The position numbers and the translations under genes were made by a program. This document shows positions 29,720 through 43,154 of a stretch of DNA of 64,000 nt, in pieces (the stretch's first letter is position 1; each line of letters begins with the position of its first letter). The notes below the pieces were generated by a model. That model saw only the letters and a list, made by a program, of their open reading frames with translations. It had not been told where the DNA came from and searched no databases. This DNA is from Octopus vulgaris (lineage: Eukaryota), in assembly GCA_951406725.2 (NCBI GenBank), contig OX597818.1, positions 51,522,001-51,586,000 of the forward strand, given 5' to 3'.

Positions 29720-31385
29720 CACATATTAGTTTTAATCGTTTTTTTTATTATTTCTACTTGCTTTGTATTCATTCAAATATATTAGTTCATACATTTTAAT
29801 TTTAAGAACTTTTCATCTTGTATTTCCAAAGCAATTTGTTTATTTTATTCTAGCTTCGTCATTTGTTTCAAATTGAATGTTCTAGAAGCTTCTACCAATA
29901 TCTACAGATTGAAACTTATGATATATCTCGTCAGAAATATCTTTAAACATTTCGACAATCAAAATTTTTATAATTTGCTGTCGCATGATCACGAATTCTT
30001 ATGTGAAATTATGTAGTCCTTAAACTTAGAGAAATGAGTGATTGTCTTTAAAGAAATATTTCGTGACGTTGAGAGTATAGAACTCTAGGAAGAATGACGC
30101 TAATATTTCAAATTATCAATCTCTATTGTTTTCTGTGAAGAGATGGCCATGTGTCCCAATAATGAAATATGTTTACAATATCTGAGCAACTTTAAACTCG
30201 TACACACGTGGACGAAAATTTATTGGCGCAGATGTGACACAGTGGGAAGAAGCTTGCTTCCCCGAATCCTCTGCACCAATGATCCAAGTATGCTGAGCAC
30301 GTAGTCGTCGTAAAAGAGAGAAGTTATTCTCCAACGACGTACACTACAGTGACTAGCATATTTTTCCTTCTGAACCTACCTGAACGTACCAACAATAAAT
30401 AAGCACTTTCTGCAAATGCTTAAAAAGAAAGTACCAGTTACGCACTGGGGTCGATATAATCGACTTAATCCCTTTGTCTGTCCTTGTTTGTCCGCTCTCT
30501 GTTTAGCCCCTTGTGGGCAATAAAGAAATAAGAAACGTTAGCACGCTGGGCGAAATGCTTTCGTCTGTCTTTTCGTTCTGAGTTTAAATTCCGCCGAGGT
30601 CGACTTTGCCTTTCATCCTTTAGGGGTCGATAAATTACGTACCAGTTGCCTACTGAGGTCGATCTAATCGACTGGCCCCCTCCCCCAAAAGTTTCGGGCC
30701 TTGTGCCTAGAATAGAAAAGAATTTGCATCAGAATATTCTCTCTGTCATAAGATGTTACATAATAAACATACGTGCATATATTTACGCAAATAAAATGGG
30801 ACACATTCATAGAACAGAATACATACACAAGCAACAAGATACAACAGATTTAAACTTTCAGATATCCTCCGCCCCCAGCATACGTACAATGCCTCATTTC
30901 TGCTTTCACTCTGTTAAGTAGGATTTCTTTAAGGACAAAAGCAAACCTCACAATGGATTAATTATTTGATGCAAATAAAAACGAATTGTATGACGTCAAA
31001 GTATTGTATATGATATTATAATTGAATGCCTTAGTCTGTGTGCGGGCATGTGTGCGTGCGTGTGTGCGTGCGTGTTTGTGTATGCGCGTGTACACACACA
31101 TACGTATACACACACGCTCACACATATGCTCACACACACACACTCACTCACACACATAAATGAGCAGTAAATGATGTAGATTCAGAGAATCGTGTGGCTA
31201 TCACCCAGAAAGCTCCTCTTACGGACTCGGCTATCAGTCTACATAGTAATCCACTTACAGAGGAGTGTAATGTAGAGTCTCTATGTAACTAAAATCCAGA
31301 AGATCCGATCGAGAAAATTATGTCATAAACTAATAAATGTCTGGAAATATGACTTTTATGATCTCTATATATAAATATACACACG

Positions 31386-31474
<89 letters not shown>

Positions 31475-31475
<1 letters not shown>

Positions 31476-31660
31476 TGCTTGATTGCTATATTCACACATT
31501 TTTTTTATTCTCTCTCTGTTTATTTTCTTCTGTTCCTTTCTGTTGAAGAGCGTAGGCTCGAAATGTAAAAGATTTTCTCACTTTCCCGAGCGTCAAACTA
31601 ATACACCTGTTTGTTGTTCATACACTTCTCTTCGTCTTTTGTTTTTCTGTAAATTTCAAC
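31475..31660 (+). mobile_element. Penelope-type short repeat with variant hammerhead (31536-31571)
   Basis: CTTT-CTGTTGA-A-GAGCgtagGCTC-GAAATGTA-AAAG. Confidence 0.5.
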
Positions 31661-32087
31661 TCTATGTATGTGTGTGTGTGTGTGTGTGTGTATGCGTGTG
31701 TATTTACCTGTGTCGATAGAAACTGAACATATGCTCGCACGCACACACACTCACACTAAGCATTATATCATATATGAAAGCGCTAGAACTTTGTGGATAG
31801 TTTTAGAGCTATCAGTTGGGAAAGGAAATTACTAAAGGAAATTACTAAAGTCTTATGTCGAATATAATAACTTGTAAACTCGAAAGAAGAATCTTCGTAA
31901 ATTTCAATGAATGGAAAATGACGAGTTGATTTCGGGTGTGTGGTAAGTAGCTTGCTAACCAACCACATGGTTCCGGGTTCAGTCCCACTGCGTGGCATCT
32001 TGGGTAAGTGTATTCTATTATAGCCCCGGGCCGACCAATGCCTTGTGAGTGGATTTGGTAGACGGAAACTGAAAGAAGCCTGTCGTA

Positions 32088-32168
<81 letters not shown>

Positions 32169-32356
32169 TTGTGTGTCTGTGTTTGTCCCCCCGATGCTGG
32201 TGTGTTTTCGTCCCCGTCACTTAGCGGTTCGGCAAAAAAGAGACCGATAGAATAAGTACTGGGCTTACAAAAGAATAAGTCCCGGGGTCGAGTTGCTCGA
32301 CTAAAGGCGGTGCTCCAGCATGGCCGCAGTCAAATGACTGAAACAAGTAAAAAAAA

Positions 32357-32409
<53 letters not shown>

Positions 32410-32504
32410 TTATATATATATTTATATATATACACTAAGCATAGGGGCGCAAAGCAGTGTTTAGGTATGAGTAGAATTTAGGTTATTCTGCTCATACCTA
32501 AATA

Positions 32505-32552
32505 TACCCCTCCGCATACAAAGCATGTGCTCTACTATCTGAGCTAATACCT
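32505..32552 (-). pseudogene. tRNA-Ala fragment, heavily decayed
   Basis: cgcatacaaagcatgtgctctactatctgagctaatacc aligns to the tRNA-Ala 5' part; the adjacent spacer resembles 33079-33306. Confidence 0.6.
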
Positions 32553-32759
32553 TAGTAATTGTCAACTCGAAATGTTATTTCTCATTTGTATAAAGGTAAA
32601 ACATCTAAAAAAAAAACAACAAAATTATATGATTTGGAGGAGGCCATATTTGTAATCGATCTTTTAAATACGAGAAAGAATGTTCTTAAGTTGGAAGTGG
32701 AGGGAAAATGGGAAAAAAACAATATTGTAAAATGCATGTAAAATAGAATGCAATATATA

Positions 32760-32967
32760 AGAGGGGACGCTGAAAAAATCTGACTTTAAGGGTCTGGTGA
32801 AAGACCTGGGTGGAGGCCAAACCTTCCGAGTCCTTTTACAGAAACTGAAGGGCGCTGCAATAAGTGTGTGAATCTGTGAGTGGAATATGTTGAGTAAAAT
32901 CATAATTAACTGATCCTCCTGTATTTTCTTTTGCCCAAAGCCAGGAACTTTGCTGTAATCCCCTCGT
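32760..32967. mobile_element. mariner-like MITE in a tRNA spacer
   Basis: gagggga..aaaa..tg.cttt imperfect inverted ends (right end cccctcgta); absent from the paralogous spacer. Confidence 0.5.
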
Positions 32968-33005
32968 ATATATAAATGCAAGTAAAAAGAAAATATGCAT
33001 TTGTT

Positions 33006-33078
33006 TGGAGAACCCGGGGATTGATCCCAGTACCTCTAGCATGCAAAGCGAGCGCTCTACAAACTGAGCTAATTCACC
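33006..33078 (-). pseudogene. tRNA-Ala(TGC) probable pseudogene
   Basis: GGTGAATTAG start loses G3:U70; D-loop GG changed; mismatches in the anticodon and T stems. Confidence 0.8.
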
Positions 33079-33306
33079 AACATCCGATACTGTATGATGT
33101 TATTTCACGTTTAGACGAACGAGAAAAACATCTAAAACCAAATCACATGTTTAGTAGGAATTCGTATTTATATTTGATCTTCCAAATCTGAAAAAGAATG
33201 ATCTTAAATCGGAAGTGAACGGAATGAGTGAAAGGCAATATTGTAAAATGAAGTAAAATACAATAAATTAATAGAAGAGAGAGAGAGAAAGAAAAATGTA
33301 ATTGCT

Positions 33307-33379
33307 TGGAGAATCCGGGTATCGATCCCGGTACCTCTCGCATGCAAAGCGAGCGCTCTACCAACTGAGCTAATTCCCC
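33307..33379 (-). tRNA. tRNA-Ala(TGC), D-loop variant
   Basis: Intact cloverleaf with D-loop CAGTTGGTA. Confidence 0.93.
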
Positions 33380-33502
33380 AATCTTCGAAAAGAAACTCGC
33401 TGATTTTCACTTTAATATAAGTGAGTTTAACTAAAAATATGATTTAAAAGAAATCTATATTCTTATTCACATAATTTATTCTGCTATATTGAAATACCGG
33501 AG

Positions 33503-33734
33503 AGGCGGTGAGCTGGCAGAAACCTTAGCACGCCGGGCGAAATGCTTAGCGGTATTTCGTCTGTTGTTACGTTCCGAGTTCAAATTCCGCCGAGGTCGAC
33601 TTTGCCTTTTATCCTTTCGGGGGTCGATAAATTAAGTACCAGTTACGCACTGGGTTGATATAATCGATTTAATCCGTTTGTCTGTCCTTGCTTGTCCTCT
33701 CTGTGTTTAGCCTCTTGTGGGTAGTAAAGAAATA
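33503..33734 (+). mobile_element. SINE family B, monomer with TSD
   Basis: Head ggcggtgagctggcagaa, gagttcaaattc B-box-like, tail ..gtgggtagtaaagaaa; 18-bp TSD tatattgaaataccggag. Confidence 0.9.
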
Positions 33735-34446
33735 TATATTGAAATACCGGAGGTAAAAAGAAAGCCATTATCATACATCACGACCATAAGTAATTTACAA
33801 TTAAAGCTTTCTACCTTTACAAGAGCAATTAATAATTTGGTTTCAAATTTAGACACAAGGCCAGCAATTCAACAGAAGGGGGAAGTTGATTGTAGCGCCA
33901 TCAGTACTCAACTACTACTTATTTTATCGCCCCCAAAAGGATGAAAGGTAAAGTTGACCTCAGCGGGATTTGAACTTAAAACGTACAGCCGGACGAAATA
34001 CCGCTAAGAATTTTGCTCGGCGCGCTAGCGGTTCTGCCAGCTCGTCGATTTGGAACAGTTAATAAATTGTCAGCGCATTTCCTCTTATAGTAATGAAGGA
34101 GTGTTTAAAAGTTGGTTTCCAGGATTAATCCTCAGATGATTGGATTTAAAGGCCAATTATGTAATGGAAAAAAATTACCGTAAAACACAATACATACTGT
34201 ACTATTTGTGAAATGGAAGTTGGAAAACAATGTTCTATATATATTATGTACTTTATATTATTGTATGTTGTGTTTTGTATTTCAGAATGTTGTGTGATGA
34301 CATCTAAAGATATGCAAATGAGGCAGATGGCATAATGTATATCATTACGTTAATTTCATATTATTACGTCATCCGAAAATATCTAATATTTAAAAGGAAT
34401 TTAGAAAATTTTCACATATTGTTCAATAATTTATTCTGTATGGAAA

Positions 34447-34481
<35 letters not shown>

Positions 34482-35086
34482 GCCGTCTGAAGGCATGGGC
34501 ATCTAGGATATTTGCCAAATCAAGAGGCCCAATTTTTATTTATGTATAATGTGGTTTACCGTCAGGAAATAATACGACAAAGCAAAGCGCATCGATGAAC
34601 ATTGAAAAAAAACCTTTAGATTTCGGGCACAAAGGCCCATTTTCAGAAGTGCACAATCAGAGGAATGTGTATCTACGTAGATCCTGCTATTTGGATAGTC
34701 AGGTGAGTAGTGACCCCGTTATAGTCCGGTGCTTCAGCAAGTAACAACAACTGCTCAAATGATGGTGTAGTTGGTGCCGTGCAGGTTAGACTGGACGCAG
34801 TGGTGGAAGCCTGGGAGTGCACTGATTGACTCACGGTCCTGTAATACTGTGAAGCTGACCCTGCACGTGCGCCCCACCCCACACTCTCACACGCATGTAT
34901 ATTTACATTGACATGAATTTAAATGAGTACGGAAAGGGAGGCTTGTATTACGTTTAATAAGTGGGCGAGAAGGCCTCGCAATGAGCCCTACTCTTGACAA
35001 GAACACACGACTGCATACATTGCAAACCAAGCTGTCCCCATACTTACACATACATACATACATACATACATACATACATACATACA

Positions 35087-35117
<31 letters not shown>

Positions 35118-35929
35118 GCACATACATTCATAAATACATACATACATACAAAATAACCCTGTAGATGTTGAAATTCCAATGAAGGAACCTAGGATCTAGA
35201 TTAGAAACCGGTTCTTTCTCTATTGGCAAGAAATCTTGAAATAAACTGAATAATGATATACATACATACATACAAACATACATACATACATACATACATA
35301 CATACATACATACAAACATACATACATACATACATACATACAAACATACATACATACATACATACATACATACATACATACATACATACAAACATACATA
35401 CATACATACATACATATATACATACATACATACATACAAATGTATATACATACATAGACACATTCATACATATAAATATATATTTACATACATAGACACA
35501 TACATACATACATACATACATACATACATACATACATACATACATACATACAACTATATATATATATACATAGACACATACATACATACGTTCATACATA
35601 TATACAAATACATACATACATGCATGTATATATAATATTTTTACAGATAACAAGTGAGAGCTAAATATGATCTGTATAAAAAATGCGTAGAAGCGCTGAA
35701 ATGAATTTGAACGTAAACTCCGAATTTTTCATCCGGTACTAGGTTCTAAACACATATATATTTATACATGTACATATATACATACACATATGTTTACATA
35801 GAGCATAAAAATACAGAATACTAACAAGAGCATACATATCTTTTTACTCGACACCTGTTTCAAGAAGCTCGGAATAACGTAATAATCGTAATGTTTATAA
35901 TTCTCAGAATTTGCACGAATTTAAATGAG

Positions 35930-36008
<79 letters not shown>

Positions 36009-36841
36009 TCTCGCAATCGACATATAATAGACGTAGAAGTTACAAAATGCAATAAAGAATCCCAATTTCAAATACTATCGACAATGTCCCTACAAATTCA
36101 TATTTCTTGCATTCATCTTGTAACGAAGAATTTCTTCAAAGACAATGATTCACTTCTTTAACTTTCATGAATACTTTATTACATACATGAAGGAAACCAT
36201 GAAGTATAAGATATTTTAAAATTATGATCTAAAATTCCATGTGGATGAAATTCACGATATAAAACTCTCTGTTTGCTGCTTTGTATTACAGTAAAATTCC
36301 ACCCTTTAATGTATTATATTGACAGTTAACCAAGATGGCCGAACTGGTCGTCTGCATTTGAGAGGTACGGCGACCGACATCTGTTTTGCTTTCAGTTTTA
36401 TGCTTGCATTTCATTTTTAAATTCATCGCATTATGAAATTTTCAAGTTGTACATCTATTTCGAAGTTCAGAATAATTTTTCTCGTATTTTCAAATTAATT
36501 TGTCTTTTACTTCTTTATATCTTTTATATTTTTAGTCACGGAGCTTCGGCCATGCTTGGTCACTGCCTTGAAGGGTTTGGTCAAACAAGTGCTTATTTCT
36601 TTGTTAAATCCGGTACTTATTCTATCGGTCATTTTAGCTGAGCCGCTAAGTTGCGGATACATGAACAAACCAACACCGGTTGTCAAGCGGTGTGTGTGTG
36701 TGTGGGGGGGGGGGGAAACACAAACACACTGATATATATGGTAGACGGGTTTCTCTGAGTTTTCTGCCTACGAAATATAGTAAAATAGAATAAAATATAT
36801 TAATGCAAGTAAATTAAAAAAAAAAAAAGCGAAAATCTACT

Positions 36842-36914
36842 TGGAGAATCCGGGTATCGATCCCGGTACCTCTCGCATGCAAAGCGAGCGCTCTACCATT
36901 TGAGCTAATTCCCC
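36842..36914 (-). tRNA. tRNA-Ala(TGC)
   Basis: Intact 73-nt copy; flank homologous to that of 33307-33379. Confidence 0.95.
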
Positions 36915-37178
36915 AATCCTTGGAAGGAGCTTACATATTTTCACTTTAGTATAAATGAGCTAAACCAAAAATATGATTTAGAGGAAATCTATATTATTAC
37001 TCGCATAATTTCTCGTGACGTATCGAACTACTGAAGAAAAAAAAAAGAACAATGCTTTCTACTTATACATGAGCAATTAATAATTTGTCGAACATCTTTC
37101 ATCTAATAGTAATGAAGGAGAGTTTAAAAGTTGCTTACCGAGATTAAAACTCAGATGGCTGGATTTAAAACAAAAGTA

Positions 37179-37691
37179 CCGTAAATCCTCGGGTATAATC
37201 CGCATTTCCCCCCCAAAGTTTAATGGTCAAAATCCCTAGTGCGTATTATACACGAGGTCAAAAATGAAAATTATTTTCTAAGCAATGTCCGAGTCTCTAA
37301 TTGCTGTCCAGTAATGTTTATTCAGACGCATTTTGTGATGTCGGGCGCGAAAATACCTTAAGCTAAGCCTGAAAGCAATGAAGTCATAAAAGAATCATCC
37401 ATAACTTGCAGTAAGCAACATTTATTAAACGTTATTACTGTTATTTCTTTATTTTCTGCATACAAAATGCACAAAAAAGCTACACGTTTGCATTATGTTA
37501 TATATACAATAATAATAAAGGACGTTACCGTATACAGTTTTACAAACCAAGGACGTTATATAGACCTCCTTGACTCAAATTAGAGAAGGGGTGTGTATTA
37601 TACACAAGGTTTAGGTTTTTTCAGAGTTACAGCCCTCTAAAAATCCCCTGCATATTATACTCAAGGGTGGACTATACTCGAGGATTTACGG
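37179..37691. mobile_element. Tc1/mariner-pogo type MITE
   Basis: TIRs ccgtaaatcctcg.gtata / tatactcgaggatttacgg; TA TSD. Confidence 0.85.
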
Positions 37692-37773
37692 TATTAGCCT
37701 ATTATGCAATGGAAAAAGTTTTTGTAAAGCGCAACAGATTTACTTGTTGTCGAATGGAAGATAAAGAACAGTG

Positions 37774-37858
<85 letters not shown>

Positions 37859-38091
37859 AATAAAATATATGCATATATATAAACATATATGTACGTACCT
37901 ACCTCTACATGTACATATACACGCATATATGTGTACAGGACACCAAAAAGACGTCGAACACATAGAGAGACGAAAAACATAGACACAAACCAAGGAACAA
38001 GACAAGCAAAAAAAGAGAGATACAGGACAATAAGCACAACGAAAAATCCCCTTCTTCAGTCGCTAAGGTTTCATCTACTAAACGTTTCGAA

Positions 38092-38175
<84 letters not shown>

Positions 38176-38294
38176 ACCGCTTTAATGTATATTAATTTTA
38201 AACAACATGGATATATAACTAAAGCATTCAATTATAAAATCATAAGAGATAAGAAAGGAAAGCTAGGAAAAAGCGCACACGTGTTCAATCTCTG

Positions 38295-38325
<31 letters not shown>

Positions 38326-38347
38326 CGCACATATTGTTCCTCTAAGT

Positions 38348-38838
38348 CAGGGGTTACCAGACTTTTTTTCACGGTAGGTCAGATAACTGAGAGAATGGCG
38401 AGCGGGGGTCACATAACCATTTTGTTCAATAAAATTCAGTGAATACACAAAAAATAAAGACAACCAACATATTTATTTACCAGAAAAGTTATCAAAGAAG
38501 ACAACGTTAGCAATGAGATATCACATCCAGTGCACACATATCCGAATCTCACAAACTAAGCAGCAAAAAAGGTTAGTGAGATTTGTGAAACTGGTGTTTA
38601 GCTTTTAAGACATCATCAATATTTGCTTTGGAATTGCTGCATCCAACAAAGAAGAGAAATGCTTCCAAATGTTCATCAGTCAACCTCGTTCGATATTTGC
38701 TCACAGACATAAGTTGTTCCAAACACTGATGCCATACCAGAGGCAAACGAACTCTCATTGCAGGTTCTTACACAAAAGGCATAGTGCAGCGGCGGGCCGG
38801 ATGAACTGACCTCACGGGCCGTAGTTTGGTGACCATTA
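38348..38838 (-). mobile_element. internally deleted hAT element
   Basis: CAGGGGTTACC..GGTGACCATTA ends; TSD ctctaagt/ctctaagc; SKYRTRLTDEHLE dimerisation-domain remnant. Confidence 0.7.
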
Positions 38839-39306
38839 CTCTAAGCAATGGCTCGCTTAGAGAAGTGAGCCATTGCTCGTTACGCAATGCTCACAAAACA
38901 GTGATATTGCTAATATATTGGGTTGTCCGGAAAGTTCGTGCCGATTTATAGTAGCTTTCCTTTCGACTTATTTTAGAACATGGTTGAGTCCTTAAAGTAA
39001 GATTTGACTACACCTCCATTTAGAGCACAGTTTAAGCTACCAATATATATATTATGTTTAATATCACTACAACCACTTAAAATGAATTGTTTTTTTACAG
39101 CCCTAATGACAGCATATGGGAGTGCCAAACATTGCCTATTTTACTTGAATGAAGTAGAACAAATGATGAGAGAGAGAGAGAGAGAGAGAAAGAAAGAGAA
39201 AGGGAGAGAGAAAGAGAGAGAGATGAGCTTCATGAGAAATATATATAAGACAATAACTGCTGGTTAAAAAGAAACTAAGTATGAAATTACAAAATATTTC
39301 CAAACA

Positions 39307-39378
39307 AGGTTTCACCGAGACTCGAACTCGGATCGCTGGATTCAAAGTCCAGAGTGCTAACCATTACACCATGAAACC
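39307..39378 (-). tRNA. tRNA-Gln(TTG)
   Basis: GGTTTCATGGTGTAATGGTTAGCACTCTGGACTTTGAATCCAGCGATCCGAGTTCGAGTCTCGGTGAAACCT, 72 nt. Confidence 0.95.
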
Positions 39379-39911
39379 GCCAGCTGTTAAAATCCTGTGT
39401 CTGGGATATTTCCAGCTAATGTCAAATACTGGGTTCGATGTAACCGACATTTCCCGCTCTTAAAATTGCTGACCTCGTGCCAAAATTTGAAACCAATATT
39501 AAGCACTCATTAATTAATGTTTTAAATATAGTTCGATTTAGAGGGGCAGTAAATATAATTTTATATCGTAAGAACAGGAATAGTAGTGTTGTGGGCAACA
39601 TAGAAGAAAGCTAAATAATGGTTGGTTGATACCTCTCACTCGCAATGTCGTTTTCATATTTACGAATGAAAACTTCAAAACATTGAACAACGAATTCCTT
39701 TAATCCTCAATGTCTACTACTTTCTCGTAAACATGTTTTTTTTTTGTTTTTAACTTACGGGAATTACAGTTGCTGCCATAAACTGGTTGCTAATGAATCC
39801 AAATAAACAGTCTTCGGTAAATAAATAAAGCAATTGACCAGTGAATGAAAAATGTGACCCCTACACAAGATTTTAAAGATTAAAAAAAAAACGACCAACT
39901 TGGATTTACAG

Positions 39912-39983
39912 AGGTCTCACCGAGATTCGAACTCGGATCGCTGGATTCAAAGTCCAGAGTGCTAACCATTACACCATGAGACC
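39912..39983 (-). tRNA. tRNA-Gln(TTG)
   Basis: Intact 72-nt cloverleaf, acceptor stem GGTCTCA/TGAGACC. Confidence 0.95.
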
Positions 39984-40781
39984 TGTACTGCTAAACTGCT
40001 CAATGAATAAAAATATGTGATAATGATTTATGCAGAATGCTTTCCCATTCATTTTCAACTTGCTGAACTAATTTTTTTCCCCATTCTATCACAGATTGAT
40101 GCTAGCCACACTTAAAACTTCTGCTCCCCCTAACCATCTTCACCAAAATGTCTAGGGTCATCCAGAGCCTATTTTAGTTCTAACAGGATTAGGCGATTAA
40201 ATATTAAACATTAGACTGTGAGATATTTCCGACTAATGTCAAAATCAAAATTTAAACCCGGAATGATGAATGTAAGTGTGTTACCTACCATATCATGAAG
40301 GCTACGGCACATACATTCTACGATGGGCACAAGGGCCTAGAATTTTCGGGGAGTGGGCAAACCGATTATGTCGACCCCAGTGTTCAACTGGTACTTATTT
40401 TATCGGCCTCGAAAGGATAAAAGTCAAAATCGAACTCGACGAAAGAAATACCTATTTCTTTACTACCCACAAGGGGCTAAACACAGAAAGGACAAACAAG
40501 GACAGACAAACGGATTAAGTCGATTATATCGACCCCAGTGCGTAACTGGTATTTATTTAATCGACCCCGAAAGGATGAAAGGCAATTTTATTTTTCCATT
40601 TACACGCCCGCCATTTCTATTGATTAAAGCATTTAAGTTCTTGAGACTTGTGTACCATTCCTTTTGTGTGTGGGACATTCAGATTTGGACATGCGTGTCA
40701 CAAAACTAATATGGAATAATTCCTATAGAAAGTAATAGTGTAATTAATAGCGATTTATATCAAGAAAAATGCTTATACCTC

Positions 40782-40815
<34 letters not shown>

Positions 40816-40877
40816 CGTGCGCGCATTTCTTACGTCGAGTTTGACTTTGACTTTTATCCTTCCAAGGCCGATAAAAG

Positions 40878-41185
40878 TGGAGCCGCAATGGCCCAGTGGT
40901 TAGGTAGCGAACTCGCGGTCGAAGGATCGCGGTTTCGATTCCCTGATCGGGCGTTGTGTGTGTTTATTGAGCGAAAACACCTAAAGCTCCACGAAGCTCC
41001 GGCAGGGGTGGTGGCGACCCCTGTTGTACTCTTTCGCCCCAACTTTCTCTCACTCTCTCTTCCTGTTTCTTGAGTAACCCTGCGATGGACTGGCGTCCTG
41101 TCCAGCTGGGGGGAACACATACACCACAGAAACCGGGAAACCGGGCCCATGAGCCTGGCTAGGCTTGAAAAGGGCGCATAAAAAA
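40878..41185 (+). mobile_element. tRNA-derived SINE family C (V-domain-like)
   Basis: tggcccagtggttagg..gtttcgattcc head; ccctgcgatggactggcgtcctgtccag; flanked by gg.cgataaaa. Relatives ~2124-2328(+) and 5285-5418(-). Confidence 0.7.
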
Positions 41186-41644
41186 GGTCGATAAAATAAG
41201 TACCAGTTGAACACTGGGGTCGTTGTAATCGGCTAGCCCACTCCCCGAAAATTCTAGGCCCTGTGCCTATCATAGAAAGAATATTACCCTCTTAATTTTA
41301 AGATTGTATGTACCGTAGCCTTTTTGATATGGTAGGTAACACACTTAAATTTATCATTACGAGTTTAAATTTTGATTTTGACATTAGTCGGAAATATCTC
41401 ACGGAAATATCTCTTAATATTTAATCGCCTAATCCAGTTAGATCTAAAATAGGCTCTGGATGACCCTAGACATTTTGGTGAAGATGGTTAGGGGGAACTG
41501 AGCAGAAGTTCCAAGTGTGGCTAGCATCAATCTGTGATAGAATGGGGGGATGAGAATCTGTTCAGCAAGTTGAAAATGAATGGGACAGCATTCTGCATAA
41601 ATCTTTATCACATATTTTTATTCATTGAGGAGTTCAGCAGTACA

Positions 41645-41716
41645 GGTCTCATGGTGTAATGGTTAGCACTCTGGACTTTGAATCCAGCGATCCGATTTCG
41701 AATCTCGGTGAGACCT
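41645..41716 (+). tRNA. tRNA-Gln(TTG) with G53>T (possibly impaired)
   Basis: Matches the 39912 copy except CCGATTTCG instead of CCGAGTTCG in the T arm / B box. Confidence 0.8.
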
Positions 41717-42040
41717 TGGCATTTCTCTGTAAATTCGTGCAGCTGTTTCTTTTTTTTTTTAATCCTTAATACTTTCTTTCGTTGGAGAGCACGTTTTCCA
41801 TTCACTGTACGTATGTATATGAGATAGTTTGGGTGAAGCATTGTGTGATACAACTTTAAAGAAGGTTGTTGTTTAAGGCCAGGACAAAGCGAAAAAGTAC
41901 AAAAGTAAGCTACAAAAAGAAAAGAGAACATATATATATATATACAAACACACGCACAATCACAAACACACACACACATATATATAAGTATATATATATA
42001 CACACACAAGTGGAAAAAGCGGTAGATGGAAAAAGTCGTT

Positions 42041-42075
<35 letters not shown>

Positions 42076-42418
42076 CGTAGGCATAGTTGTGTGATTTGTA
42101 TTTTGTTTCCCAATCACATGGTTCCGGGTTCAGTTCCACACTATGCCACCTTGAGGAAGTGTCTTCTACTATTAACCTCGGTCCGACCAAGGCCTTGTGA
42201 GTGGATTTAGTAAACGGAAACTGAAAGAAGCCCGTCGTGTGTGTGTGTGTGTGTCTTTGTGATTAAATTTGGTTTGTTTTGTAACTTAGCGGCTCGGTAA
42301 AAAAAAAGAATAAGTGCCAAGCTTTAAAAAGCAATAAGCAGTGGGGTCGATTCATTCGATTAAAAATTCTTCAAAGTAGAGTTCCAGCATGGCCGCAGAC
42401 TAATGACTAAAAGATAAC

Positions 42419-42473
<55 letters not shown>

Positions 42474-43108
42474 TATGTGGGCACAGGACGTCATGAAACG
42501 TGTACAACACAAAAATACGAAGTACGAGTACATGGAATATGAACTATTTTTTTTCGAACAACGAAAGACACAAATGGAAAATAAGACAAGCAACTTAAAG
42601 AACGACCCTTCATCAGTTGTTGAGAGATATGCACGATAAAGTGATGGCTTGTTGCCTATATAATGTAGCAGTCCCAGGAAAGGAAATAATCTTACTGTTA
42701 TTTAGCTCCAAGTAACATCGTTTCTAGCTGACTATGCGACACAAACGTTCTGTGTCCTTATGTTTTCGAACAGGGGGGATCTCGTAAGAAAATATATTTT
42801 GAGGCGGTCATGAGCCAACAGGAATTTGGGATCTGACGATACGTCATAAAGCAAAACCCTTCATGGACGGGAAACCTAAGGTAATCCCATAAACCAGCCT
42901 TCTCCATTTTTAATATACACTGCTCTACATCTTAGAGTGTGCTTCTTGTTTGGGATTTCTTTCGGTTTCCGCCAACCAAATGTACTTCTTTCAGTTTCCG
43001 TCTACCGAATCCACTCACAAGTTTGGTCGGCCCGGGGCTATAGTTGAAGACACTTGCCCCAGAGTGGGACTGAACACGGAACCATGTGGCTGGTAAGCAA
43101 GCTTCATA

Positions 43109-43154
<46 letters not shown>

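Larger units (their letters stand above)
22800..30420. repeat. tandem plus inverted segmental repeat of a ~1.67-kb tRNA-Ala unit
   Basis: 27050-28700 is similar to 28730-30400; 22830-24960 is their reverse complement (matching ORFs 24261-/28157+ and 22880-/28867+). Confidence 0.9.

Noticed and set aside
35155-35250. Hammerhead in the insert within (TACA)n
   Set aside because: GAAA and an aaccggtt palindrome are present, but the core CCAATGA and stem I are too divergent
36322-36392. Very decayed tRNA-Ala on the plus strand
   Set aside because: Only patchy similarity (agatgg, tgcat, gagaggtac); not supportable without an alignment score
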